A stretch of 64,000 nucleotides of DNA from Prochlorococcus sp. AG-363-N20 (lineage in GTDB: Bacteria > Cyanobacteriota > Cyanobacteriia > PCC-6307 > Cyanobiaceae), in contig QCFX01000002.1 of the NCBI GenBank assembly GCA_003280105.1, positions 24,403-88,402 of the forward strand, in the 5' to 3' direction. The translations under genes were made by a program, and so were the position numbers. The notes beneath the pieces are model-generated. The model ran no database searches, was not told the DNA's origin, and saw only the letters and a program-made list of their open reading frames with translations. Numbering within the stretch: the stretch's first letter is position 1; every line of letters starts with the position of its first letter. This document shows positions 38,815 to 47,642 of this stretch, piece after piece.

Positions 38815-39885
38815 TTGATATTCTACTGGATACTATTTTTAATACCTGCCTTCAAGGCTCTAACAAAGCCTAAAGAATCATGGGGGCCTAAAACCTCTGT
38901 TTTGATTTGGATTTCATTGGTTTTTTCTGTAGGACTAAGGCATGAAGTTGGATGTGATTGGTTTAGATATCTAAACCTATTAGATAGATATGATGGTATG
39001 AAGATGCAAGAAATATTATTTGGAAACGAGTTGAGTTTTGTAGAGCCGTTTTATGATTTTATAAATTGGTTAGCTGCGAATAACAACCTTCAGATATATG
39101 GGGTAAATACAATATGTGCAATGTTATTTAGCACGGGATTAATTATATTCTGTAAAAGCACACCTCGTCCATGGCTTGCGTTAACAATTGCTGTTCCATA
39201 TTTAGTTTTTGTTGTAGCAATGGGCTATACACGCCAAGCAGTTTCAATTAGCTGCTTAATGGTTGGCTACCTCTTTCTAAGTAATGGCAAGGTCAGAAAT
39301 TTCTTGATATTATGTGGCATAGCTGCAACATTTCATAAAGCAAGTGTTGTCGCATTACCATTTGCATTACCTTATCTAAGCTCAAAGAATAGACTCAATA
39401 CTTTTGTTAGATACCTAATAATATTGCTTGGGATATATGGGATGGCAGATATATTTATATTAGATAGATTGGATTTCTTGATCTATGGATATATTGAGAA
39501 TAAAATGAATTCAGGGGGAGCTGCAATAAGGGCAATTATGAATATATTGCCTTCAACTATTTTTCTAATGTATGGTAATAGGTTAATGCTAAAAGACAAA
39601 TCAATAATCACCTGGAGATGGCTGTCTATCTTGTCTATCTTATGTGGGATCGCAATTCTGACTGGCGCTCCTTCTACTTTTATAGATCGATTAGGTCTAT
39701 ATGCTTTACCAATACAAATTTTTGTTTTTTCGCGTCTTCCTGACTTTAAAGTATTTAAAGGAGTTAGTCCTCTATTATTGAACTCGGCAGTAGTATTTCT
39801 CTCTCTATTGACATTATTAGTATGGCTTTTTTGGGGAAATGTTTCATTCTGCTGGATACCCTACAGAAATTTACTTGCCTTATAA
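38815..39885 (+). CDS. Polytopic membrane protein, EpsG/Wzy-like polysaccharide polymerase candidate
   Basis: About 10 hydrophobic segments, no soluble domain, and a GYTRQAVSIS loop reminiscent of the EpsG family. Island context. TTG start in the track. Confidence 0.55.
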   Translation: MIFYWILFLIPAFKALTKPKESWGPKTSVLIWISLVFSVGLRHEVGCDWFRYLNLLDRYDGMKMQEILFGNELSFVEPFYDFINWLAANNNLQIYGVNTICAMLFSTGLIIFCKSTPRPWLALTIAVPYLVFVVAMGYTRQAVSISCLMVGYLFLSNGKVRNFLILCGIAATFHKASVVALPFALPYLSSKNRLNTFVRYLIILLGIYGMADIFILDRLDFLIYGYIENKMNSGGAAIRAIMNILPSTIFLMYGNRLMLKDKSIITWRWLSILSILCGIAILTGAPSTFIDRLGLYALPIQIFVFSRLPDFKVFKGVSPLLLNSAVVFLSLLTLLVWLFWGNVSFCWIPYRNLLAL

Positions 39886-39939
39886 AGATTAATCCTGGGA
39901 TCTTCCTTCTATTTAAAATAAAAGCCTATAATTGTATTA

Positions 39940-41148
39940 ATGGCTAATCGAGAGGGCAATTTAAGCAATAAAGCTACTGCTTGTAGCCCTAATAATACCT
40001 TAGTGCTTTTAGTGGCAAATACAAGCTGGTATCTATACAATTTTAGGCTGCCTTTACTGGAATCCCTTCGCGATAATGGTTATGAAGTTGCTATTGTCGC
40101 GCCTCATGACTTTTATACAAGTGTCCTTGAAAAAGAAGGATTTAAAGTGCATTCTTGGCTTTTAGCAAGAAGTTCTATTAACCCTTTTCTTGAGCTTAAG
40201 GCTTTAGTCGATCTAATCAGAATCTATCGGAGAGAGCAGCCTGTTCTAGTCCACCATTTCACCATCAAGGCCTGCTTATATGGAACAATTGCCGCAAAGT
40301 TAACTGGTGTATATAGAGTCATTAATGCTATTACAGGGTTAGGGCATGTTTTTCTTGGGAGTCGAAAACGGAATCGACTTCTGCGAAGAGTTTTAAGGCC
40401 TTTGTATAAAGCTGTCTTTATGGCACGCAGATCAACTGTTGTTTTTCAAAATGCAGACGATCAGGAAAGTCTTATAAAGCTTGGCATAACTGATGGGTCA
40501 AAATCAAGACTGATAAGAGGTTCTGGAGTTGATATTAGCTATTTCAGTCCAATAAGAGATGCCTCTGGAAATTTCAAAATACCTTTCAAGCTTCTTTTCC
40601 CGTCTCGACTGATTCGAGAAAAAGGTTTTGATGAACTTTTAAAAGCTTGCAGAAAGCTTTGGGATGAACAAAAGGTTATTGAGTTACTTATTGCTGGTGA
40701 ACTAGATGATGGGAATCGAAGCTCCCTAAGTGAAAACGAACTTTTACGGCTTAGAAACGATCCACGTATCCGTTTCCTTGGACATGTTAAAGATATGCGC
40801 AAACTTTATGCAGAAGTAGATCTGGTAGTGCTTCCGTCTTGGAGGGAAGGTCTATCACGTTCATTAATAGAAGCTGCAGCTATGGAAAAGCCTATTGTTA
40901 CTACAGATGTTCCAGGATGTAGGGACGTCATCGACCATGGTCAGTCAGGACTGCTAGTACCTGTTAGGGATGCAAATGCCTTATGCTTGGCTATTAGTTT
41001 GCTAATGCAAAATCCAGATCTCGCTAGGAGGTTTGGTAAAGCAGCAAGAGAGAAGGTCTTATCAGAATTCCAAGTCTCTTTAGTCAATAAAAACACCCTG
41101 GAGCAATACAATTTGATCTTAAACAGACCTAACAACTTCAGCAAATAA
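39940..41148 (+). CDS. Family 4 (GT-B) glycosyltransferase
   Basis: REKGFDELLKA, VLPSWREGLSRSLIEAAAMEKPIVTTDVPGCRDVI is the canonical GT4 E-x7-E region; 402 aa. Confidence 0.8.
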   Translation: MANREGNLSNKATACSPNNTLVLLVANTSWYLYNFRLPLLESLRDNGYEVAIVAPHDFYTSVLEKEGFKVHSWLLARSSINPFLELKALVDLIRIYRREQPVLVHHFTIKACLYGTIAAKLTGVYRVINAITGLGHVFLGSRKRNRLLRRVLRPLYKAVFMARRSTVVFQNADDQESLIKLGITDGSKSRLIRGSGVDISYFSPIRDASGNFKIPFKLLFPSRLIREKGFDELLKACRKLWDEQKVIELLIAGELDDGNRSSLSENELLRLRNDPRIRFLGHVKDMRKLYAEVDLVVLPSWREGLSRSLIEAAAMEKPIVTTDVPGCRDVIDHGQSGLLVPVRDANALCLAISLLMQNPDLARRFGKAAREKVLSEFQVSLVNKNTLEQYNLILNRPNNFSK

Positions 41149-41209
41149 GAAAAGTTAATTTACCTTTAGATATTGGTTAGACTTCTAATAATCTTCTCTA
41201 AAGCTTAAT

Positions 41210-41989
41210 ATGTTTTTATTATCTAAATTATTACCTTTATTTGTTCTCCCACTAGGGGTAACTAAAATACTCTTAAGCCATAATATTATTACGGGAAAAC
41301 GATCAACATCAATAGCCGGGTTAGTAATTTTATGGATATTCTCTACCCCCTTAACAACTCAAAAGTTATGGCAAGGACTTGAATACCCATTTGAACGCAA
41401 GACTTTTAATAATGTGTTCCATTCTCAATTAAATGACACCCCAAAAGCCATAGTTGTTCTTGGGAGCATGCGTCATCCAGCGCCTGGTTCTGCTCAAATA
41501 AGTGAATGGGGTGATGCTGATCGCTTCTTTGGGGGGCTAGAAGTTTATTCATGGCTTAAAAACAATCACAGAAGATCTAGATTGATTTTTTCTGGAGGTT
41601 GGCGACCCAAAGATTCGAAAATACCTTTAGAGGGAGAAGTCCTAAGGATTCAAGCAATTAAAATGGGGGTCCCTCCTCAGGATCTGTCAACAACTGGTTC
41701 TGTAGAAAATACAGCCGCAGAGGCAAAAGCAATATCAAAAATCATTCCAAGAAACAGCAAGCTAGTACTAGTCACATCTGCCTTTCATATGGCTCGGGCT
41801 TCCAAATTGTTTGAACAAGAAGGATTTGATATCACACCTTTCCCTGTAGATTTCCAAGCAAAAGGGGGATGGGCTGGAAACCCTCTTAAAAACCCTCTTA
41901 ATTACTTCCCATCCGCCTCTGCATTACATGAAAGCAGCAGAGCCTTAAAGGAATATCTTGGAAGAACTATCTACAGAGCATGGAATTGA
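41210..41989 (+). CDS. DUF218 (YdcF/ElyC-like) envelope protein
   Basis: N-terminal membrane anchor plus AIVVLGS, SVENTAAEAKA and LVTSAFHMARA motifs of DUF218. Confidence 0.75.
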   Translation: MFLLSKLLPLFVLPLGVTKILLSHNIITGKRSTSIAGLVILWIFSTPLTTQKLWQGLEYPFERKTFNNVFHSQLNDTPKAIVVLGSMRHPAPGSAQISEWGDADRFFGGLEVYSWLKNNHRRSRLIFSGGWRPKDSKIPLEGEVLRIQAIKMGVPPQDLSTTGSVENTAAEAKAISKIIPRNSKLVLVTSAFHMARASKLFEQEGFDITPFPVDFQAKGGWAGNPLKNPLNYFPSASALHESSRALKEYLGRTIYRAWN

Positions 41990-42111
41990 AATGACATTTC
42001 GCTCAATTAGCTACTAAAAAACGCATAAAAACAAAACTTCCACAAGTTTTTTCAACTCTTGCCATCAATCTTGGGCTAACTAAAATTCTCTCGAAGAGGA
42101 ATTTCCTAAGA

Positions 42112-43233
42112 TTGCCTTACATCGGAGCATCTTTGTTTTTTTCGAGCGGCCCAATTATGCTCACTGCGACTAATTTTCTAGTAGCAGCTGCAATTACTTT
42201 CTTAATCACACCTAAGATCATGCAGCTTGGGATGAATTTAGGCGCGACTGATCAACCTAATTCTCGAAAACAACACACTACTCCGATGGTTCGACTAGGA
42301 GGCATTGGAATACTAGTTGGTTTTTTTGTCGCTATCTTCTCAAGCTCTTTAATCAATAAGTATCTATTAGGCACTTCTTACATAAGTAATGACCTAGCTC
42401 TTCCAATACTAATAACAGCTTTTTTTTACTTCCTGATTGGCTTGTCAGATGACCTGTTAGGGCTATCACCTTGGCCTCGCTTGGCTTTTCAAACTATTGC
42501 AGCAATTGCCCTATGGAGTTATGGCCTGAGAATAGAAGTAATTGATATGGGTTGGCTCTTTGAATCTCAAAGAACCACCTTATACCTACCATCCTTTATC
42601 AGCCTAATAGCAACAGTTATTTGGTTAGTTGGCACAACAAATGCAATCAATTGGTTAGATGGCTTAGATGGTTTAGCTGCTGGGGTTGCAAGCATTGCGG
42701 CATTTGGCTTGATATTTGTAAGCTTTTCACTAAATCAAATCCATGCCGGTTTGTTGGCAGCTTCACTTACTGGCGCTGCAATTGGATTTCTTCGGCACAA
42801 CATATATCCTGCGCGCCTGCTGATGGGAGATAGCGGTTCTTATTTTCTTGGTTTCACCTTGGCAGCGATAAGCCTCATTGGATGCTCCCAAGCAACCAAT
42901 CCCCTACTCCCAAGCCAAAGTGGGCCCTTCTTGTTTTACCTCCCAATTCTCCTTTTATTTATCCCACTAACAGATATGACAGCTGTTGTAGTAGCTCGCA
43001 TTAGAAGAGGTAAATCGCCTTTTTACCCAGATCGTAATCATTTTCATCATCGTCTACTGAATACTGGTCTAAGTCATCACAAGGTAGTTCTTTTAATATA
43101 TGCATTGGCGCAATGGTTTGCATGTCTTGCTTTAGTGCTAGCACAAACCAACTTCGATTGGATCTGGTTTGCTGGCTCTTCCCTAATCCTATTAGCAACA
43201 TTGATTCGTTCTTATAGTCAATTCAAACAATGA
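42112..43233 (+). CDS. Polyprenyl-phosphate N-acetylhexosamine-1-phosphate transferase (GT4 MraY/WecA/WbpL family)
   Basis: NAINWLDGLDGLAAG and MGDSGSYFLGF motifs, with about 10 transmembrane segments. The track start is TTG 42112, and ATG 42157 is an alternative. Confidence 0.85.
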   Translation: MPYIGASLFFSSGPIMLTATNFLVAAAITFLITPKIMQLGMNLGATDQPNSRKQHTTPMVRLGGIGILVGFFVAIFSSSLINKYLLGTSYISNDLALPILITAFFYFLIGLSDDLLGLSPWPRLAFQTIAAIALWSYGLRIEVIDMGWLFESQRTTLYLPSFISLIATVIWLVGTTNAINWLDGLDGLAAGVASIAAFGLIFVSFSLNQIHAGLLAASLTGAAIGFLRHNIYPARLLMGDSGSYFLGFTLAAISLIGCSQATNPLLPSQSGPFLFYLPILLLFIPLTDMTAVVVARIRRGKSPFYPDRNHFHHRLLNTGLSHHKVVLLIYALAQWFACLALVLAQTNFDWIWFAGSSLILLATLIRSYSQFKQ

Positions 43234-43243
43234 TCAAGTAATT

Positions 43244-43486
43244 ATGTCATTTTCATTTTCCAGTAATAAGACAGAACGGGTATTTAATAATGCCGATAGT
43301 TTTGCAATTGCATTTGATAAGGAATGGGAGGATCAAAAAAGTGCACTAAATTACAACGTCAATGACCAAGAGGAAAACATAAGAATAGTTCTGAAAACTC
43401 TTAAAGATCATCCTTTTGTTATTCACTCTCCAAAAGAAGCAGAGCAAGTTGCACGTTTTCGCATCAGACTTTTAGGATTGGATTGA
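43244..43486 (+). CDS. Hypothetical acidic 80-aa protein
   Basis: ATG ORF 10 nt downstream of the WecA-like stop, with no recognisable motifs. Confidence 0.35.
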   Translation: MSFSFSSNKTERVFNNADSFAIAFDKEWEDQKSALNYNVNDQEENIRIVLKTLKDHPFVIHSPKEAEQVARFRIRLLGLD

Positions 43487-43587
43487 GAAGAAAGCTTTCT
43501 TGTAAAGCAAAAGGGTCATTCATTCAAAAGGCCTATAATTACTAGATTATATTTTTCTAAGAATTCATATCAACTGCAAAGCCTTTT

Positions 43588-43758
43588 CTAACTTTCCTCT
43601 AAATTAATAATTTTAGAAGTATTGGTTTCCTCTAGATGTGAAAGCCTCTCTTCAAGATGGATAATTTTCAAAGTCAATAACTCATTCAATTTACTCATTG
43701 AGTGAATTTGCCGACTAAGCTGACGGTAAGCTCCAAAATTTTGCTCTTTTAGTGCCAT
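43588..43758 (-). CDS. Hypothetical 56-aa coiled-coil protein
   Basis: Not in the track. Hand translation gives MALKEQNFGAYRQLSRQIHSMSKLNELLTLKIIHLEERLSHLEETNTSKIINLEES. A canonical AGGAGG lies 8 nt upstream of the ATG. Confidence 0.4.
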   Translation of the reverse strand: MALKEQNFGAYRQLSRQIHSMSKLNELLTLKIIHLEERLSHLEETNTSKIINLEES

Positions 43759-43801
43759 CAAAATGGCCTCCTAGAAGTAATCTTGTTGATCGTATCGTTG
43801 C

Positions 43802-45286
43802 TTGAACTTCTGTCCATATAATTTGCCTTTTTTCAAGGCAAGAAATGGGGTTTTGAAGTTTTGTTCAATTTTTAACACTACTCTGGATGATTTTGCCTTG
43901 AACCAGTCCCAAAAGTTATCACCACTCAAACTTGCAAGACTTAGCTTGTTTCAGGGTTGTTTGGGCTGCTTAGCAGTGATATTTGCGGGCATGCTCAATC
44001 GAATAATGATCTCTGAATTAGCTTTCCCCGCAATCTTGGTTGGCGGTGGGCTTGCGTTTGAACAATTAATGGCTCCTTCAAGAGTACTTTTCGGGAACAT
44101 TTCAGATAGTTGGCCAATTAGAGGAAGAAGGAGGACACCTTACATATGGCTTGGAGCAACTGGATTTTGTCTTATGGCAGTTTGCTCTATCCCTCTTATT
44201 TTCATTACAGAAAAAGCCTTAAGGCAAGGAGAACCCCTAGCCATAGCTCTCTGTTCTATCGCTTTATGCATCCTTTTTTCTTTATACGGGTTGGCTGTTT
44301 CAATGGCAACTACCCCATATCTTGCGCTGGTCATTGATCTAACTACAGAGAAGGAAAGACCCAGGGCAGTTGGAGTTATTTGGTGCATGCTCACTTTAGG
44401 AATAATTGTTGGAGCAATTGCGATATCTATTACTACGAAAGGACTTGATGGAGTGACAGATCCTTCCATGTTGGAACCTGCACTGCAAAAATTTATGCTA
44501 TGGGTTGGAGTAATTGTTTTATCTATCTCGATTTTTGCTTGTTGGGGAATTGAGCCAAAGAAAAGAAATTTAGGCGTTAATTTAGAAAATAGTTCACAAG
44601 AAATAGGCTTAAAAAAAGCCTGGAAAATAATAACATCTAGCAGACAAATATTTATCTTCTTTTGTTTCTTAATCCTATACACTCTTGGTCTTTTCCTTCA
44701 AGATCCTATTCTGGAAAGTTATGGGGCAGAAGTATTTAATTTACCAATATCAAAAACCACGCTTCTCAATGCCTTTTGGGGAGGAGGAACATTATTTGGT
44801 CTTCTTCTTGGGGGACTTTGGGTAACTCCTAGACTTGGTAAATTGTCAACAGCAAGAATAGGTTGTTGGATGATAATTGTCTCTTTAGTTCTATTAGTCG
44901 CTACTGGTATTACAGCAGACTCTCAAGGTCTATATGGAGTCTTAATGATCTTTGGAGTGGCCGCTGGACTCGCTACCAATAGCGCTCTCTCCTTAATGCT
45001 CGATCTTACTTTACCCGAAATGGCTGGGACTTTTGTAGGAGTTTGGGGACTCGCTCAGGCTCTATCTAGAGCCATGGGGAAGGTGTTTGGTGGAGGTTTA
45101 TTAGATATAGGTCGATCATTAAGTGGGCCACAGAATCCATTTATAGCATTTTCATTTGTCTTTCTTCTTGAATGCATCGTGATGATTCTTGCTATCTATG
45201 TCTTAGAGAAAATCAGTGTAAGTCAATTCAAGAAAGATACAGCTGCGAAACTAGAGACGATGATTATGGCAGAATTAGATTCATAG
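43802..45286 (+). CDS. PucC/LhaA (BCD) family MFS protein
   Basis: LKLARLSLFQGCLG start motif and 12 predicted hydrophobic segments, the architecture typical of PucC-like proteins. The start codon is uncertain (TTG in the track). Confidence 0.78.
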   Translation: MNFCPYNLPFFKARNGVLKFCSIFNTTLDDFALNQSQKLSPLKLARLSLFQGCLGCLAVIFAGMLNRIMISELAFPAILVGGGLAFEQLMAPSRVLFGNISDSWPIRGRRRTPYIWLGATGFCLMAVCSIPLIFITEKALRQGEPLAIALCSIALCILFSLYGLAVSMATTPYLALVIDLTTEKERPRAVGVIWCMLTLGIIVGAIAISITTKGLDGVTDPSMLEPALQKFMLWVGVIVLSISIFACWGIEPKKRNLGVNLENSSQEIGLKKAWKIITSSRQIFIFFCFLILYTLGLFLQDPILESYGAEVFNLPISKTTLLNAFWGGGTLFGLLLGGLWVTPRLGKLSTARIGCWMIIVSLVLLVATGITADSQGLYGVLMIFGVAAGLATNSALSLMLDLTLPEMAGTFVGVWGLAQALSRAMGKVFGGGLLDIGRSLSGPQNPFIAFSFVFLLECIVMILAIYVLEKISVSQFKKDTAAKLETMIMAELDS

Positions 45287-45316
45287 TTTATTGACTATTC
45301 TTGATCAAAAAAATCC

Positions 45317-45739
45317 ATGCAAATTCCTGAAGAAGTAAAAATCAAACAATTATTTGAACAGCATAATGAAGCAGGTGAGTTACTAGTTGAATATAATGAT
45401 GAAGTGTTAAGAATAGATTTAATTGAAGATGATATGCGTTTATGGGTAGAAACTTTGTCTAGATATAAAAGCCCATATAATCTACTACTTGCTTGCGAAA
45501 ATGATAACTGTGAATTAAAAGATACCCAATTAACATGGGTTGTAGGTTCTGCAATTAGGCCTTTCCTTTCAACCAGCTTAGAAGAAGCGAAGATCCTTCT
45601 CATTTCTCTAGGCGTTAAGCCATCAATTGCGTCGATTGCTGAAAAACACTGTCCTGGCTTAGGAACAAAGGTGCCATGGGCCTTCTATCGCCAAAGAGAT
45701 GGGAGAGTAACAGCTTCGCCCATAATTGATACTAAATAG
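45317..45739 (+). CDS. Hypothetical 140-aa protein
   Basis: ATG ORF 30 nt after the PucC-like stop, same strand, with coding-like composition and no recognised motif. Confidence 0.45.
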   Translation: MQIPEEVKIKQLFEQHNEAGELLVEYNDEVLRIDLIEDDMRLWVETLSRYKSPYNLLLACENDNCELKDTQLTWVVGSAIRPFLSTSLEEAKILLISLGVKPSIASIAEKHCPGLGTKVPWAFYRQRDGRVTASPIIDTK

Positions 45740-45832
45740 GTTAAATTGATCAAATTAATATTAGAGTAGGTTTGAATATCTCTCTAATACAAGAAAGGTA
45801 TCAAGACAACATTATCTGATAAAAAAAAGCAT

Positions 45833-46729
45833 ATGCCTTCTATCCCAGTAATTGCTTTTAAATTTGGGGGTCTTGACCTCAATAATTATCCTGTGAGTTA
45901 TAGCAAATCAAAAGTCTCCAGAAGTACAATAACCAGCTATATACTTCACCCCAAAGGTGGGTGCATGCCTGGGCAGCCTGAAGTATTTATTAAAAATGGG
46001 AGAAGCAATCCTGGACTAGGTTCTGGATTGCTTGCGAATAAAGTTATAAGTGCATTTAAGCGAGAGAAGAATCAAAATTCCAAGAAAACCTTTGGTCCTA
46101 AATATTCAGAACTACCTTTAGATAACTTTAACTTCGAAAGCTTCCATCCTCATGATGACGAGACACGCTCCATAGCAATCAAAGCAGCGTATAGGCAAAT
46201 ATATGGAAATTTTCATCTAATGGAAAGTGAACGGCCTATTGATTTAGAAAGGCGTCTAAGAAATGGGGATATCAATATCAGAGAGTTCATCAGAGGATTA
46301 ATGAAATCTGAATTTTATCGTTTTCACTATTGTGAAGTAGTAAGTCAGACTAGATTAATCGAACTCACTTTGAAGCATCTTCTTGGTAGGCCACCAATAA
46401 GTCAAAAAGAAATTGTCAAGCATATAGAAATTCTCAATCAAGAAGGCTTTGAATCTTATGTGGATTCTTTAATTGACTCACAAGAGTATGAAGATAATTT
46501 TGGAGCACATGTAGTTCCAAAATCTCGATGTTGGGACTCACAATGCGGACTTCGGACATCAACATTTTTAAATGGATCCGCATTAGCAAGGAGCTTTTCG
46601 ACTAGTGATAATGCCATACATGGAAGAGCAACTCTTGCCGATGCGGCAGGTGGAAAAAGTCAGCTAGTTCAGAGTATGGCAGAAAGGAATGCTATTAAAG
46701 TTAGATTCCCGGAATATATCGTCTTCTAA
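45833..46729 (+). CDS. ppeC: Phycoerythrin-associated linker polypeptide (PBS-linker domain)
   Basis: IKAAYRQIYGNFHLMESERPIDLERRLRNGDINIREFIRGLMKSEFYR...LLGRPP...QEGFESYVDSLIDSQEYEDNFG is a canonical PBS linker domain; 298 aa. Confidence 0.85.
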   Translation: MPSIPVIAFKFGGLDLNNYPVSYSKSKVSRSTITSYILHPKGGCMPGQPEVFIKNGRSNPGLGSGLLANKVISAFKREKNQNSKKTFGPKYSELPLDNFNFESFHPHDDETRSIAIKAAYRQIYGNFHLMESERPIDLERRLRNGDINIREFIRGLMKSEFYRFHYCEVVSQTRLIELTLKHLLGRPPISQKEIVKHIEILNQEGFESYVDSLIDSQEYEDNFGAHVVPKSRCWDSQCGLRTSTFLNGSALARSFSTSDNAIHGRATLADAAGGKSQLVQSMAERNAIKVRFPEYIVF

Positions 46730-46907
46730 TCAAAAGCATATTCCTTTAATGCTTTCCAGGGGAAATTTATAGCGTCAAGTGAAAATGGGCTGAAAAGTTT
46801 TCATATCTAAGCAGACATGCTAAATAGATAAGTAATAGTCTATTTTAGGAAAAACTTGATCTCTGATCCAAAACTCTAAAGCCTCTTCATTCCTAGAAAT
46901 TGAATCC

Positions 46908-47099
46908 ATGTCTAAGTTTCAACAGCCTTCCGACCAAAAGCCTGGTGATCAATCATCTATAACCCCTTCTGGCAAGAAAATTCCCATGGCAATGTCCATG
47001 ATGGTTGATTCAATGGTGCGCATGATACAAAAAGGGAATAAAAACGAGTTAGATTTAAACGTTCAAGACTCATCAGCAGAAGGAATTGATGGAAATTGA
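46908..47099 (+). CDS. Hypothetical 63-aa protein overlapping the cpeS start
   Basis: ATG ORF in the ppeC-cpeS gap, ending 11 nt inside cpeS. Low-complexity, Met-rich centre. Confidence 0.3.
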   Translation: MSKFQQPSDQKPGDQSSITPSGKKIPMAMSMMVDSMVRMIQKGNKNELDLNVQDSSAEGIDGN

Positions 47100-47625
47100 G
47101 CAATTTGTTGCTCAAAGTGAAGGTTTTTGGAGGTCTATGAGGAGCGGCCATTCGCTAGCTTTTAAATATTTTGATAATTTAGTCAGCCAAGTCACAGTAA
47201 AAAAACTATTGCTTACCGATCCTCAAGTCACAAAGCTTTTGAGCTCTCATCAAAATATTAATAGTAAACCGATTTCTCCATTTGAAATTTCTTGGAGAAT
47301 AGAAGATGACTGGATAGGCGAGGATTTAAATCAACCAAAGTCTGGGTCAAGTATCTTTATTCCAATACCTACTTCTTCAGAAAATGGAGATATGATTAGG
47401 AGCAGAGGGTATGCTGAGACTATTGAATCAGTATCAAATTATAAATTCCATTCTGATGGGACGTTCTATCTTAAAAGCGTCTATGGAACAACATTTGCAG
47501 AAGAAAGGATCTGGTTCATTTCTGAGAATCTGAGGTGTCGGTCATCAGTAATAAGAAACTCCAATTCTCTAGCAATTCTTCAGACCTCTTTTGCCTCCGA
47601 AATTAAATTATTAAATAATTCATAG
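47089..47625 (+). CDS. cpeS: CpcS/CpeS-family phycobilin lyase
   Basis: MEIEQFVAQSEGFWRSMRSGHSLAF matches the S-type lyase N-terminal signature (F-x-x-S-x-G-x-W-x-S-x-R). ATG 47089 is preferred over TTG 47086. Confidence 0.85.
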   Translation: MEIEQFVAQSEGFWRSMRSGHSLAFKYFDNLVSQVTVKKLLLTDPQVTKLLSSHQNINSKPISPFEISWRIEDDWIGEDLNQPKSGSSIFIPIPTSSENGDMIRSRGYAETIESVSNYKFHSDGTFYLKSVYGTTFAEERIWFISENLRCRSSVIRNSNSLAILQTSFASEIKLLNNS

Positions 47626-47642
47626 AAATAATCCTTGAATAC

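Noticed and set aside
17821-43233. Calling the glycan island a mobile element
   Set aside because: I found no integrase, transposase, phage genes or direct repeat of the tRNA-Phe 3' end by eye. My hand-sampled GC values are heterogeneous in both the island and the core (core lines ranged from about 28% to 60%), so horizontal origin is only a hypothesis.
44140-44682. 180-aa minus-strand ORF, and 44146..44337 (+), inside the PucC-like gene
   Set aside because: The PucC-like frame gives 12 coherent hydrophobic segments. The antisense frame is low-complexity.
45295-45603. 102-aa minus-strand ORF opposite the 140-aa unknown
   Set aside because: It has a Ser-rich shadow-like composition. The plus-strand ORF has an ATG, tight operon spacing and more balanced composition, although neither ORF is proven.
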